From Octopus bimaculoides (lineage: Eukaryota), in assembly GCF_001194135.2 (NCBI RefSeq), contig NC_068981.1:101481957-101545956 (forward strand): 64,000 bases of DNA. The letters run 5' to 3'. Positions 26,889-39,844 of the stretch are shown here, piece after piece (within the stretch, counting starts at the first letter, position 1; each line of letters begins with the position of its first letter). Below the pieces are notes generated by a model that worked only from the letters and a program-made list of their open reading frames with translations, was not told the origin of the DNA and searched no databases. The translations under genes were made by a program, and so were the position numbers.

Positions 26889-27686
26889 TGGTCTAGGGAA
26901 TACTTCAATTTATTTACGGGTAGTTTCAATTAAAGTGGGAAGGGGGGGGGGAAGATGTTTTAAAATTTAAGGATAGAATTTATCAAAAAAAATATATAAG
27001 GAAACTTACATGATTATCAAAGGGCAGTACCTATGCTAATGAAGTAAATTCATTTACTAAATGTATCCAAAACATTACCGTAGGGTGCTTAAGAAAGTTT
27101 ACTCAGAAATATTATCAAGAATCCCACCTATTGTTCACAATGGAGTAAGTCTAAATCCAGTGGTCTCTACAATTGGTCAGTTCAATTTGAACCGGGGTCA
27201 CAAGTTATAATCATTACAATGGATATGTCCATAAAAATAAACGTTATAACATGCATGTTATAACATTAAGCTGCTGAAGGACATAGCAGCCCCGCACCAC
27301 TTATATCATTGTATTCCCCACCGAACCCTTTATCTTTACTTGTTTATTTTTATGGACATGTCCATTGTAATGGTTTTAATTTGTGACCTCAGTTCAAATT
27401 GTAGAGACTGCTGGACTTAGACTTGCCCCATTGTGGACAATAAGTGGGATTCTTGGTAATATTTCAGTGAGTAAACTTTCTTAATCACCCTACAATATTG
27501 TTTTGGATACATTTTACTTGAGTTTACTTTGTTAGCATAGGTAATGCCCTTTGATAGTCATGTTAGTAAGTTTCCTTATATATATTTTTTTTTTGATAAC
27601 TTCTTTCCTTAAATTTTAGAACATCTTGCCCCCCCCCCCCTTAAATTGAAACTACCCGTAAATAAATTGAAGTATTCCCTAGACCA
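26889..27686. mobile_element. Large foldback element (about 350-bp inverted arms)
   Basis: Arms 26889-27242 and 27342-27686 align base by base as reverse complements, e.g. GGTCTAGGGAATACTTCAATTTATTTACGGGTAGTTTCAAT / ATTGAAACTACCCGTAAATAAATTGAAGTATTCCCTAGACC. Confidence 0.88.
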
Positions 27687-27806
27687 GAACTGGATGGGCA
27701 TAGATGGAATAGTTCAGCAGGATCTTATTTTATTTGCCATAAGTCTGCAGGATACTATTCTGTTTGGTTACAAGTCTGTAGGATCGGGGTTAACCTGGGG
27801 TTAAAC

Positions 27807-28105
27807 CAGGGCTGGCCAACCTGAGGCCCATGGGTCACATGTGGCCCGCAGACTTTTATCATGCAGCCCACTCGATACTTTTTTGAAGTATTGTGTATAA
27901 TTTCAAAATAAAATAGTTTGTGTAAAACATTTGTTTCAAAATAAATTTAAAATTTATAAGTGGCAATAAAGCAATAGCCTACAATTTTATAATTTTAAAC
28001 AAACGAAAAGTATGAAAAATTCTTGATTCTGTAATTTGATTATTTGACTATTAGTGCATAAAGTATACAAGTGGCCTGCAATGTAATTCGAGGTGGCCAG
28101 GCCTG
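27807..28105. mobile_element. hAT MITE with perfect 8-bp TSD
   Basis: GGTTAAAC|CAGGGCTGGCCAACC ... GGTGGCCAGGCCTG|GGTTAAAC. TSD at 27799-27806 and 28106-28113. Confidence 0.88.
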
Positions 28106-28135
28106 GGTTAAACACAGTAAAATAAAGTAACTTAC

Positions 28136-28288
28136 CGCAGTACATTGCTCAAGCGAAGTGAATTGATTATTTCCAGTATTGCTATTGTTACTTGATAGCA
28201 TATCATTTGATTTTTTACTCAATGGTTTTGTATTAGTCTGAATAAAACCAGCTCTCTGAAATATTTTGGTCAGTTCTTTGTTGTACCC
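28136..28288 (-). CDS. GNPTG: GNPTG exon 7
   Basis: tttccag|GGG...GCG|gtaagt. 153 nt. GYNKELTKIFQRAGFI...QFTSLEQCTA, compare GHEKLLRTLFEDAGYL...FETLENCRK. Confidence 0.9.
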
Positions 28289-29513
28289 CTGGAAAATTTC
28301 AAATACAAGCACAATGTTTAAAATGTTTTTTTTTTCGATTTGAGGAGAAAAGTGTTAATTATATTAATATATTAACCCCAGTACTTTACTCTTGACTTCA
28401 CCTTGGAGGATGTAGAGGGGGCTGGCATAGAACAGCCAACAATGGAGAGCACTGGTGGACCTGGTCAGCTCTGTGCATGATGCTGTTATCTGGGACCACT
28501 AACCTGAGATGACCCCAGCCCCATCTAGCAAGAGAATGAAGCAAGCAAGCAGTACTTTACTGGTACTTACTTTATGATCTGTGAAAGGATGAAAGCCAAC
28601 CTTGGAAGAATTTGAACTCAGAATGGAAAAGGATGAGGAGGAAAGTGATACTTATTTTAAGAACCTTAATACTTGACAAGTACTTAATTTAGTGACCCAT
28701 GGAAGGATGAAAGTCGACCTTGGAGGAATAGCATTAAAGGCATTTCTACAATGCTCTAACAATTCTGTCAATCCATCTTCCTATTATTCAAAAATATTGG
28801 TTTCAAATTTTGGCACAAGGCCAACAATTTGAGGGGAGAGGGATAAGTCAATTTCATTGACCCCAGTGTACAACTGGTACTTATTTTATCAACCCCTTAA
28901 AGCATGAAAGACAAAGATAACCTCAGTGGAATTTGAACTCAGAACACAAAGACATGAAATGTCACTAAGCATTTTGCCTGGCATGCTAATGATTCTGTCT
29001 GATATTCAAAAATATTAAGAAGCCAATGAAGGAGCTTCTACATGGTTACTGAACCTGCTAAAAATAGCAACTAAATCTTCTTCAATCAATAACCTGCTAT
29101 CTTTAAAAAAAAAATACACTTAATGTAGTCTAAAATACAACATGCCTGAAAATAAGTACAGGATGGTCCTGATTGGAATACTTTTGACTTTTGATCAGCT
29201 CTGACACTAACTTAGCAGAAATACTGGTTTCACATTTTGGCACAAGGCCAGTAATTTCGAAGGTGGGACTAAGTTGATTACATTGGCTCCAGTGTTCGAC
29301 TGATATTTATATTTATCGACCTGGAAAGGATGAATGGCAAAGTTAACCTTGGTGAGCTTAACAGAAATATTCTTTGCTACTCTAGGCACAAGGCCTGAAA
29401 TTTGGGGGGAAGGGGCCAGTTGATTAGATCGACCCCAGTACACAACTGGTACTTAATTTATCGACCCTGAAATGATGAATGGCAAAGTCAACCTTGGCGA
29501 CCTTAACAGAAAT

Positions 29514-29896
29514 GTGTTAGCACTCTGTTGCTTACGATGTCGAGGGTTCCAGTTGATCCGATCAACGGAACAGCCTGCTCGTGAAATTAATGTGTATGTG
29601 ACTGAGCACTCCACAGACACGTGTACCCTTAACATAGTTCTCGAGGATATTCAGCGTGACATAGTGTGACAAGGCTGACCCTTTGAATTACAGGCACAAC
29701 AGAAACAGGAAGTAAGAGTGAGAGAAAGTTGTGGTGAAAGAGTACAGCAGGGTTTGCCACCATCCCCTGCCGGAGCCTCGTGGAGCTTTAGGTGTTTTCA
29801 CTCAATAAACACTCACAACGCCCGGTCTGGGAATCGAAACCGCGATCCTATGACTGCGAGTTCGCTGCTCTAACCACTGGGCCATTGCGCTTCCAT
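29514..29896 (-). mobile_element. SINE family A, full length (GNPTG intron 6)
   Basis: Same sequence family. 11-bp TSD TTAACAGAAAT at 29503-29513 and 29897-29907. Confidence 0.9.
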
Positions 29897-30512
29897 TTAA
29901 CAGAAATATTACCACCATAAAAAAACAAAACAAAAAAAAAAAACAGAAATATTACTACCATAAAAAACATTACAAGCCAGCTTGGTGGTTATCCATGTAT
30001 GCATACACACATATAATACCTGTTTAGATTTTACAATTTTTTTTTCTAGACAACTTAGTCAGAAGTCAAATGGGTCAGCACCCATGACCTTTTCTCAGAA
30101 CCTTTGAGGCTGATAGGAGGAAAGAAGGTAGTTGAACTCAGGCCCGAGACCTGGTCTGAATATTGGCAATAAAGTAGACTTGACTAAAGATATTCAAGGA
30201 CTCTATGGGGGTGTTAAACCAGTTGATGGATTAAGTCTACCACCCCAAAACATGAACAGTGCTTCTGATAGGCTTTCAAACAGTTTCTGTTCCTCAAATT
30301 TCATTCACAAGGCTTTGGTTGACCTGAATCTATGTCAGAAGACATAATGTTGTACAGTCGGATCAAGTTTGGTGGCAATGACAGTGGCACCACCACCTCC
30401 ACTACCATTGCAGCAGCAACAACAACAATAACTCCTCCTCTTCAAAGAAAAACCTAAGCAAATTTATTATTATATGAATTGTAAAACGTAAGTAAAATGA
30501 TGCTGTACTCAC

Positions 30513-30710
30513 CTTTTTAGTAATTTCTTCACGAACATATTGTCCTTCGAGCTCATCCCAAGCATCTCTCAAATGGTCCTCCATTGTTGGGTAGACCAAC
30601 ATTGCATTAGGATGACATACAAAAGGAGTTTGGAATGTAAATAGGTATTCACATGTTCGAGGTTCTGAAACATTTTTTAGCCGGTGTTCTGGAGCACATT
30701 CAAAGACAAC
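30513..30710 (-). CDS. GNPTG: GNPTG exon 6
   Basis: catccag|GTT...AAG|gtgagt. 198 nt. VVFECAPEHRLKNVSEPRTCEYLFTFQTPFVCHPNAMLVYPTMEDHLRDAWDELEGQYVREEITKK. Confidence 0.95.
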
Positions 30711-31498
30711 CTGGATGTGAGTAAGAATTCCTGTTAATTTAGGTTGGATAATCATTACAGTTTTTGCATCACTTTCTCTGCCACAAAAAAAACAAAAAAA
30801 ACAAACAAACAAAAAACAAAAACAAATTGCTGATTGTTGTCTTTTCAATTTTTAAGGGACTTTAAGACCTCTTTCTTAAATTTTAAGATGTGATACCTAT
30901 TGCTGAGGTAGTTAGAATTAAGTGTATAGTTCAGTACATTATAATAAAAAAGAAAAAGAAAAAAAGAAACAGAAAAAAGGAAACTTAGTGGAACTGAACT
31001 GAATATCACTGGATCTGCTCTATCACTATCTCACCATATGTTGTGAGATTCAATATCCCAAGTTTAGCTTCCTCTTCTGTAGACTCCATCCACTTTGATC
31101 ATTTGACTCTTCTTCACCCAACTATCATGCTTCATATGCATCACATCTCTATGCCAGTCTAGTTTTCACTTTTGGACTCTATAACTGATTCCACCAACAT
31201 CCATGGTCTCTCTCTCTCTCTTTCTCTCTGCTTCCCTGTGTTCCATTATTCATGTATGTTTACATTACACATCCAAAAGAGCATGCTTGCTTCCTTTCTT
31301 TCTCAACCTTTGTACATTCTCAAACTCAATGTCCATGACTTGCTTGCTACCAAGCAACATTGCACTTTGCACATAAGCATCATATAATTTGCTTTTCATT
31401 CAGAGAGAACCCCATTTTTTCCCAACAGAGAAAAAAAAAAGAATCACTATTCATTTGTTTATAGCAATGTTACCAAATTTTAATAAAATGAGACTTAC

Positions 31499-31592
31499 TC
31501 GTGATGTACGTGAGACAGTTCCACATGCATCGCCTTCCTTTAGTAACATAGCTGTAAATGTATTGTTAGCAATTTCCCAATTCTGCCATACA
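31499..31592 (-). CDS. GNPTG: GNPTG exon 5 (MRH domain)
   Basis: gttttcag|T GTA...CGA|gtaagt. 94 nt. [31 protein letters not shown], compare [23 protein letters not shown]. Confidence 0.95.
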
Positions 31593-34500
31593 CTGAAAAC
31601 ACAATACAAGAGGTGTTAAAATTTCATTTGCTGAAACTACAAAACAAGAGATAATTGAACAGCTCAGAATAACACTTGAATGAACTCATTCACGATCATA
31701 TTTCTTATGATATACACTGACTATGTGTTTCAATTAATTTTGAAGACTTTGGACTTATTTAATAATAAAATAATCAAAGTGTTCATTAATAAACTATTAA
31801 TTAGAACACAAGTGATAGAAAGGTTTTTTTTACATATAATCTATGTTGGAAGGTTTTATTTTAAATATAAATACTTTAAACCCTTTAGCATTCAGATTAC
31901 TCTGTCATATGTAATGCATTTTTATTCACATTGTTTTCAATTAATTCTGCATTATCTTGTAGCTTAGAGAGTTCGATAATGTGATTGTTTATTTTAGAAT
32001 GACATTGTAGGGTAAGAGTGAGAGGCCAGATATAGCCAGTATTGAATATAAAACAAGTAGAATATTTGGGCAGGATGTGTCCAGTTTAAATGTTAAAAGG
32101 TTAAAATAGGTTTGGTATCAGAGAAGCAGGAGTGATCACAAGCAGATTGATATCAGAATGGTTAATGAATAAAGATACTGGCAAAATATATATTATCATT
32201 ATGTGAGTTGAGCAGTGAATAAAATACTTTGTGATATTTAGTTGTCTCTAAACATTCTGAGTTCAAATCCAGCTGAAGGCAACTTTTACCTTTCATTCTT
32301 TGGAGGTTAATAAAATAGTATTACCAATTACAGAGATCGATATAATTGATTATATATTTTCTACAACAACACTTGTACCTGCATACCTTTGTTAGAAATC
32401 ATTATTAGAATTATTACAAGAACTGGGATGGGGAATTGGTTGAATTGTAAGTATGTCAGATAAAATGCCTTAGTGTTCAACATTCTGAGTTCAAATTCCA
32501 CTGAGGCAAACCTTACCTTTCATCCATCCAACATTTGTGAAGTTCTATCAATCAAATGCTGAGTTTAATGTCATCATCCATAACCCACCATCAAAAATTT
32601 GTTTCATTGTGCCTAGGTGAGATACTCTAATTAGAATTACTGAATTTTTAGAATTGACCTTGAGACTAAGGAGTTAAATTACAGACTGCAGTCATGCGCT
32701 CAGACATCACCACAAAAGGCTTCTGTCACTGAAGTTGCTGTTTAACCCTGGGTTACTTTCACCCTTTCTCTCATTTTTTATCTCTCCCTCTCTTGCTCTC
32801 TTCCTCTGACTAGGTAACCATGTATCTCCTTTACAACAAGATACTTGTTTCTATCCGTCTGTTACACTCAAACCTCTCATCACATGACACAAGGCCACTT
32901 CCTCCAATGCCTTCCCTCTCAAAGGATCATTGTCTTGCAAGTTACTCGGTGACTCCACCAGTGCTGATGCATCCAGTTCATACTGTAAAGCGGTTGGTGT
33001 TAGGAAGGGCATCCAACAGTAAAAACCCTGCCAAACCAGATAGTGAAGCCTGGTGTAGTCTTCTGCCTAGCCAGCTCCTATCAAACTGTCCAACCCATGC
33101 CAGTATGGAAAACGGATGTCAAATGATGATGATGATCCATGATGGTAAAGATGAGAAAAGTAAACAGACAAGTCACTAGATGCTGAAACCTGTAAAATTT
33201 AGCTGCTATTTCTAACAATTTGAGCAAACCTATATCAGCTCCTTCATTGGCTCAAACTTGTAATAATTGTTTCCATTTAGCCACAGGCCAGTGCTTACCA
33301 CCAGCTCTTTTTGGGAATATCTAAGGACTACAGTGTCTATTGTGCTCTCCTCCTTTCTACTAAAGGCAATAGAGTGTGATTTGTGAGAGATTTCTAGCAG
33401 GATGAATGACTACATAGATGTTTCCTCATTGCCCCATAAACTTATCCTCAGGTCAACTGAGTAGACCTATGGTCAAAAGTCATTCCATGCATGACCATCC
33501 TATCTTTTTATATATCAGCTACTATAGCATATGATAAATCCTTTCCTCTTTTTTAAGACAGGAAAACAGAAATAGCTAGAAATAGCAGGTCTAGCAACTA
33601 TGCAGAGGCTACATTATTTGACTAAACAGATTTCTTTTTAGACATCATTGCCAAGTGTCCTAGACTCATAGGGCTGGTTATCCAGTTTTTATGGCATATA
33701 AGTGGCTGAGATCACAACATTCCCCCTGAATGGGATGCCAGTCTGCCACAGGGTTACTCACTTTAGGGCAAATGGACTACAGCAACATGAAATGAAGTGT
33801 TTTGTTCAAGAACACAAAGTTGCCTGGTCTAGGAATTGAAACCACGATCATGCGATTGTGAGTGCAACACCTTACCATAGCCTTCATGAATAAATAGGTT
33901 GTACTTCTGTATTTGAAATTAAATGATTAAAAGCATTCATCATCATCATCACCATCATTTAACATCTGTTTTCCAAGCTGGCATAAGTTGAACAAGAGCT
34001 GGGCAGCTGTCTAGGCTCTAATTGTCTGTTTTGACATGGTTTCTTTGATTAGATGCCCTTCCTAAAACCAACCACTTTACAGAGTCTGCTGGGTGCTTTT
34101 TATGTGCCATCGACATTCTACATAAAAAAAATTCCTGAATAGTATGCAGATATCTAGATTTATGAAAACCATTCTATTGAAGATAGTACAGAATATAAAG
34201 TGGTTCCTGGCAATGAAAATAACATTGTATATCCTTTTGTTTATACAGTACTAATATTGAGCCACCCTATTAGGTGGTTATTCTAAAAACTATAACAATT
34301 TATCATTTGTATGATACTTAAAAACAAACTTAAGTTAAAAATTCATTGAATGATCTAGATATATTTTAAATATTAAGATTTATGTTTCTAATTTGTTATT
34401 CTGTAATTTTCAAAATGCTATTTCAATTTCAATGCAATCAAAAATGACTGTCAGAATTTGGCATATTTTAGAATGAGCCTCAATATGTAGAATTTAATGT

Positions 34501-35732
34501 TGTTGCTGCTTACTTCCATTCATCATTAAGATCGAGACATTCCAGCCTTGACTACCTTGTTTTATTTCTTGGCATAAGACATCCAAGACTACATTATTCA
34601 ATGCATATTTATTTTTTAAGACATTATGGTGTGAGTTGAAAAAGATCTGGCTGCTACTTTTAGCAAGTCAAATGACCATATACAAGCTCCCTCAGTGACT
34701 AATACAAAATTTATTTTAGTCTGTGATCATATCCAATCACTGACAAAGTGATCACAAGCAATTGTTGTTGTTTTCCCTATGCTCATCATAGGATTTGAGT
34801 TTAGCATGTAACAATAATGAAATATTGATTATATAACAGTGATCTATAAATTTCCCATACAGTACAGCTATTTACATCTAGCTGAATTAGGCTATTGATA
34901 GATATAAGTCATCATCAGGGAATACTGTGCACTGTCAGGAACAGGATATAAACTAATGATTCTTTAGCCAACAAATCAGCACTTGCTCTCTCCACACACA
35001 CACACACACAGTATAGTCTTAATATAGGGTGATGTTATCATGGAAAATCTAATCACAGTTCTTCCTTAGGAACAAAGACTATTTATGTTTTAGAAGCTCA
35101 GGGTAAGTTGACCAAATCTATCGCAATGTTTTTGGTGCATTTTTATTGACTTTTAGATGGATGAAATGCAAAGTGGACAGCAGTATTTGACTTCAAAACA
35201 AAATATAAGAATGTAACTAAGGGCTGTAATTCATTTGATCCAGCACTCTAATCCCTTTGTTAATTCCATACCATTTTATTAAAGAAAATTTGATATTATA
35301 AGGATTTTAGTATTTCATATTCCTTATTTCTTTTTTCACAGTTAAGTTTTAATAATTGATTGCCTTGATTCACTTCAAACTGATCATTAATGACTAACAA
35401 AAACAAAAGAGAAATCCATAGTTTTCATATGAGATATATTGGCTGTTTATATAATGTGCTGGACTTGTGGATTATTGATTCATATCCTGCTGCATGTATC
35501 TGCAGTGTCCTGAGGACAGGCACTTAATGAAAATGGAGATGTTGGCGCTGATTTACAGAATATTACACAGCACTCATTGGAGATGATTTGTCATAAACAA
35601 CTTATATATAAGTTTATAAAGAGGTTAGTGATAATGATGAATTGACAAAATATTGATTTTTAGTGCCAAGTAATGAGTAGAAATTTGAGCTAGAGCATTG
35701 ATAAGGTGTATAGATTTTTTTTAACAACTTAC

Positions 35733-35816
35733 CCGAGTATACCATTGTAAGGATTCCATCTCAGAGAAAGTTCATGCTGAGTTATATTGAAGAAAGGGCA
35801 GAATTTATACTGGTAC
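35733..35816 (-). CDS. GNPTG: GNPTG exon 4 (MRH domain)
   Basis: atcag|G TAC...CTC GG|gtaagt. 84 nt. [28 protein letters not shown], compare [28 protein letters not shown]. Confidence 0.95.
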
Positions 35817-37067
35817 CTGATATAAAATTTATTAAAAATATATATTGAAACTTATTTATGCATGCATGCACACACATACATACATATATATACAAAATAC
35901 TGCTGGATTGAATGGTACTGCCCAGGTGTCGAAACCATAATGACATCCATGGGGCAGCTGATGATGGAGGTATGCTGGATTGTTGGTATGGCTGCAGAAT
36001 AGTATTATAACACATCCTTTTGATATAATACACACACATGTATATATATATATATGGAGGCTGGTGTTGCCATCCGGTTTCACCAGTCTTCAGTCAAATC
36101 GTCCAACCCATGCTAGCATGGAAAGCGGACGTTAAACGATGATGATGATGATGATATTTATGGAAAAAAATTATGTTTTTTTTTCCTTATGAGGTTTTTT
36201 CATGCTGACTACTTGATAAATTCTTATAAAGGTTTTATCCTTACATTATATACATATATATATATAATATACACACACATATATGTATGTCATCATCATC
36301 ATGGAGTTGATGCAAGCATCTGGTGGGTCAAATCTGTTATAGTTTTGATTTACTGTTGTATTGTTAGACTTCTTTTCTTATATGTTGTACCTTTGTGACT
36401 ATAGACAGTATACTGGATAAGGATATACTTTGGTTTTGTTAGCTGAGAAGTCACTGGATAATATGAAATTGAATGTCTTTAGTGAAGATCTTATAACTCA
36501 AAAAGAACTCCAGCTTTTTTGAATTTACAAAGCTTAAGTTTGATGTGTTACATTACTGATCATATATAAGTATTCTGTTACAGTTTCATGTAACACAAAG
36601 ACACACGACTCAACAAAGGAGCTTCAAAGTGGTCACTCAAGCTTTTAGAAATGGCATTCAAATCTTCCTCAAATCACTCCTTAATATTTTAAAGCAGGAA
36701 ATGATAGAATGATAAGCTGGAATGCCTTTGATAATAGATTTGCTCAATGTGGACTGGAATTAAACAACAAAACAGCAACTTACAGATAGTGTTTTATTCT
36801 ATGTCTTCAAAGTATTTTTTTCCCATCTTTCAGTTCAACAAGACCAATAGAGAGAGAGTGGTCCTTTGCATTCATTTAATTGCAGCCCAGATAATTTTGC
36901 TTGATTCATGTTTCAAATACATTTTACTTCTACTGATGGGTTAGTATTATAAGGAATAAGTAACAAGGTGTATAAAGAATTGTATTCTAAAAGTAAGAAA
37001 TATCCTACTTATGCTTGCATAGGATTAAAAAAAAAATGGAAATAAAATTATAAAATGATGAACTTAC

Positions 37068-37181
37068 ATATTATCAGATTTATTGAAACATTTGCCAATG
37101 AGGGACCTAAAATGGGGAGGTCCACTGAAGTTGGCAGGATTTATTTGCATAACCAGAGGTTTGTCTTCCTCATTATGACTC
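37068..37181 (-). CDS. GNPTG: GNPTG exon 3
   Basis: tttacag|G AGT...AAT AT|gtaagt. 114 nt. SHNEEDKPLVMQINPANFSGPPHFRSLIGKCFNKSDN, compare SGPVHLFRLSGKCF. Confidence 0.92.
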
Positions 37182-37917
37182 CTGTAAATGAAAATACAAT
37201 AAATAATTAAATGAATAGCTCAAATATAATAAAATAAACAATTAAATGAATAGCTCAAATATAATAATTTCTTCTTTACCCAATATCTTTTCCACATCAC
37301 ATTGTTACTTCTCCCCCAGTCTCCAGATTCACTCTTGTTGCTATTTCAACCCTTCCCTCCCTCTCTGTTTGGTCTTTTTCCATTATTTCACCACTGACAT
37401 TGATTATTGGTGTACATATCAATGAGGTGGCAGTGGGAGGCTCTATATCATTGCATGACCTGCTAGAAATAGCAGCCACATAACCCTAAAATCTCCCACC
37501 CTCACCCCAGTGTCATAAAAATGGAAAAATTAGATAATATAATCCTAGTTATCTTTAAAAATATGATGGTCATGGCTGGAATGCCTTTGATCATAGATCT
37601 ATTTGCTTAGGGCTGACCTAGGACAAAACTTTTTAGTCTTTATTTTGTCTCCATTTCTTTTAACCAGTCCACTTATACTTACTCTTCAAATCATCACAGG
37701 AAGTTTGTATCATAGAATCAAGGGCAGTCTAAGCCAGTTTGGTACCAAAAGAGATAAAGAGTAGACTACAAAATACTCTAGTAAACAGTAGAATCCATAG
37801 AAACAAATGGTTTACAGCAGCAGTTAATGAGTATAAGCAGTTAAAAAATGGAATACAATGGTTTGCCCAAACCAATTTATTCTACTTTTGAGCTGCTATA
37901 CATAATACTATACTCAC

Positions 37918-37966
37918 CATAAACCTGAAGGTTCTTCCAGAAGTTTTACATCAAAGGTTTTTCCAT
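37918..37966 (-). CDS. GNPTG: GNPTG exon 2
   Basis: cccgcag|AT GGA...TTA TG|gtgagt. 49 nt. (D)GKTFDVKLLEEPSGL(W), compare vertebrate MKVVEEPNAF. Confidence 0.88.
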
Positions 37967-39461
37967 CTGCGGGGGATAAAAAAAAAAAAGTAACTTATTG
38001 GTAATACATCCCATCTTAAGTGTTGTCTGATTGTATTTGTATTATTTGTATGCATAGCTTGCTCTTAGACATGGAATCAAATATAAGTAGAGATTTCAAA
38101 GAATTTTTCTGAGGAAAATTAACTGGAGGAGATATAAGATATATAACTGAAGGATATCTAAGTGGTTTGTAACTGTTTTCCATAATCAGTACAGATTAGT
38201 TTCGGGGAAGGTGAAAAGGTCTGGTGAATAAGGTATTACATAATTTTGGCAATCGAAACAAAATTCTTGTATATTGCATGTGTTGTGATGTGGAACCTTT
38301 AAGAATTTCTTCATAAGAAAGAGGTATGTTGCCCTTCTTGTTGGGTGTCATTAATACTATCAGCATTGATAAATATAGTAGAAGTGCATCTAGAGAGAAG
38401 AGGTAAACAACTAGCAGATGTTAAAGAGGATTGTGCCTCTGCATAGAGCTTTTAAAAAGTGGTGCTTTGCTCTGGTTTTATGACTTTACAAGGATAAGAC
38501 ATTAGTCTCTCTTCAATGAAACTGTTACAGAATCTGATATCTAGGTGAACAAAAGACATCTAGAAATAAGTGTATGTCTCACAAGAATGGCAGTATGGCA
38601 GCTACCAGCCAGGCTACATTCACTTCTGGGGATATTTCCTCTACCCAAACCCTGGAAGCATGCTTCCCAAGGTATACGGGTAGAAGCACCACTTCGTCTG
38701 TTCTCAAGTGTAGCTGAGTGCAGCCTGGTGGTAGCTACCTCCCGGAACTGCAACTCCACTGTTCCAAACTTTTTTCCTCTGGCAAGGAAGGAAATCCCTT
38801 GCCAGATGACAAGCTGACTTGGGGCTAAAAATAATTTATCCTGTTGTTCTTTAATATATTGTATTCCTTTATTACTAATTATGATTGTGGCCACTCATTA
38901 GCAATGTAATCTCCTTCTGATACAATGTGATTATTGTTGTGGTGTAAATGAAGTTCTTTTCAATAAAGAATTCCAATTCTCATTTAATTAGCATTGTTCT
39001 TTAAACGATAATTACTAAGTAAATAAAGTTAGGTTCAGTAGATTTGTTGAAATGGTTATTTACTTCTAATTATTTCTTTCAGAAAAGGAAACAAGTAGAA
39101 ATTACAATTGAAATAAAAAAAAAAACAATTTTCTAATTAAAAACTATTTTTATGAGTATATAATCTAAATCAGGCAGTAGATGATAATTAAGGTTGCAAT
39201 TACACTTAGTATATGACGGAAGTAAGCACGCGATGAGAGCCTCTACGTGGTAGTTCGAGATTCTTATTAATAGCAGCTATATAAATGTACAAACTATATA
39301 CCCTACCTGATAAAAAAAGGGGAGGGGGGTAACTTGGGAAACGTAGTCCCCCACCACACAAACACGAAATGGAATGCCATTGATCATAGATTTACTGATT
39401 AACGTGGTCTCTGATCAGTAGATCTAAGATCTCATAACAATAAGTGAAGAGTACAAACGTG

Positions 39462-39844
39462 TTGTTTTTGTTGTTGGCACTCCGTCGCTTACGACGTCGA
39501 GGGTTCCACTCGATCCGATCAACGGAACAGCCTGCTCGTGAAATTAACGTGCAAGTGGCTGAGCACTCCACAGACACGTGTACCCTTAACGCAGTTCTCG
39601 GCGATGTTCAGCGTGACAAGGCTGGCCCTTTGAAATACAGGCACAACAGAAACAGGAAATAAGAGTGAGAGAAAGTTGTGGTGGAAGAGTACAGCAGGGT
39701 TCGCCACCATCCCCTGCCGGAGCGTCGTGGAGCTTTAGGTGTTTTCGCTCAATAAACACTCACAACGCCCGCTCTGGGAATCGAAACCGCGATCCTATGA
39801 CCGCGAGTTCGCTGTCCTAACCACTGGGCGATTGCGCCTCCACT
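39462..39844 (-). mobile_element. SINE family A, full length (GNPTG intron 1)
   Basis: Reverse complement of the 58624 element. Imperfect TSD AGTAC(A/G)AAC(G/A)TG at 39450-39461 and 39845-39856. Confidence 0.9.

Noticed and set aside
28540-29510. Regularly recurring motifs resembling a CRISPR-like array
   Set aside because: Eukaryotic SINE fragments of variable length, with no constant repeat and unique-spacer structure.
35890-36010. Segment with repeated TGCTGGATTG and CTGATGA, possible snoRNA
   Set aside because: The box-C-like motif is antisense to the host gene, with no box D or terminal stem.
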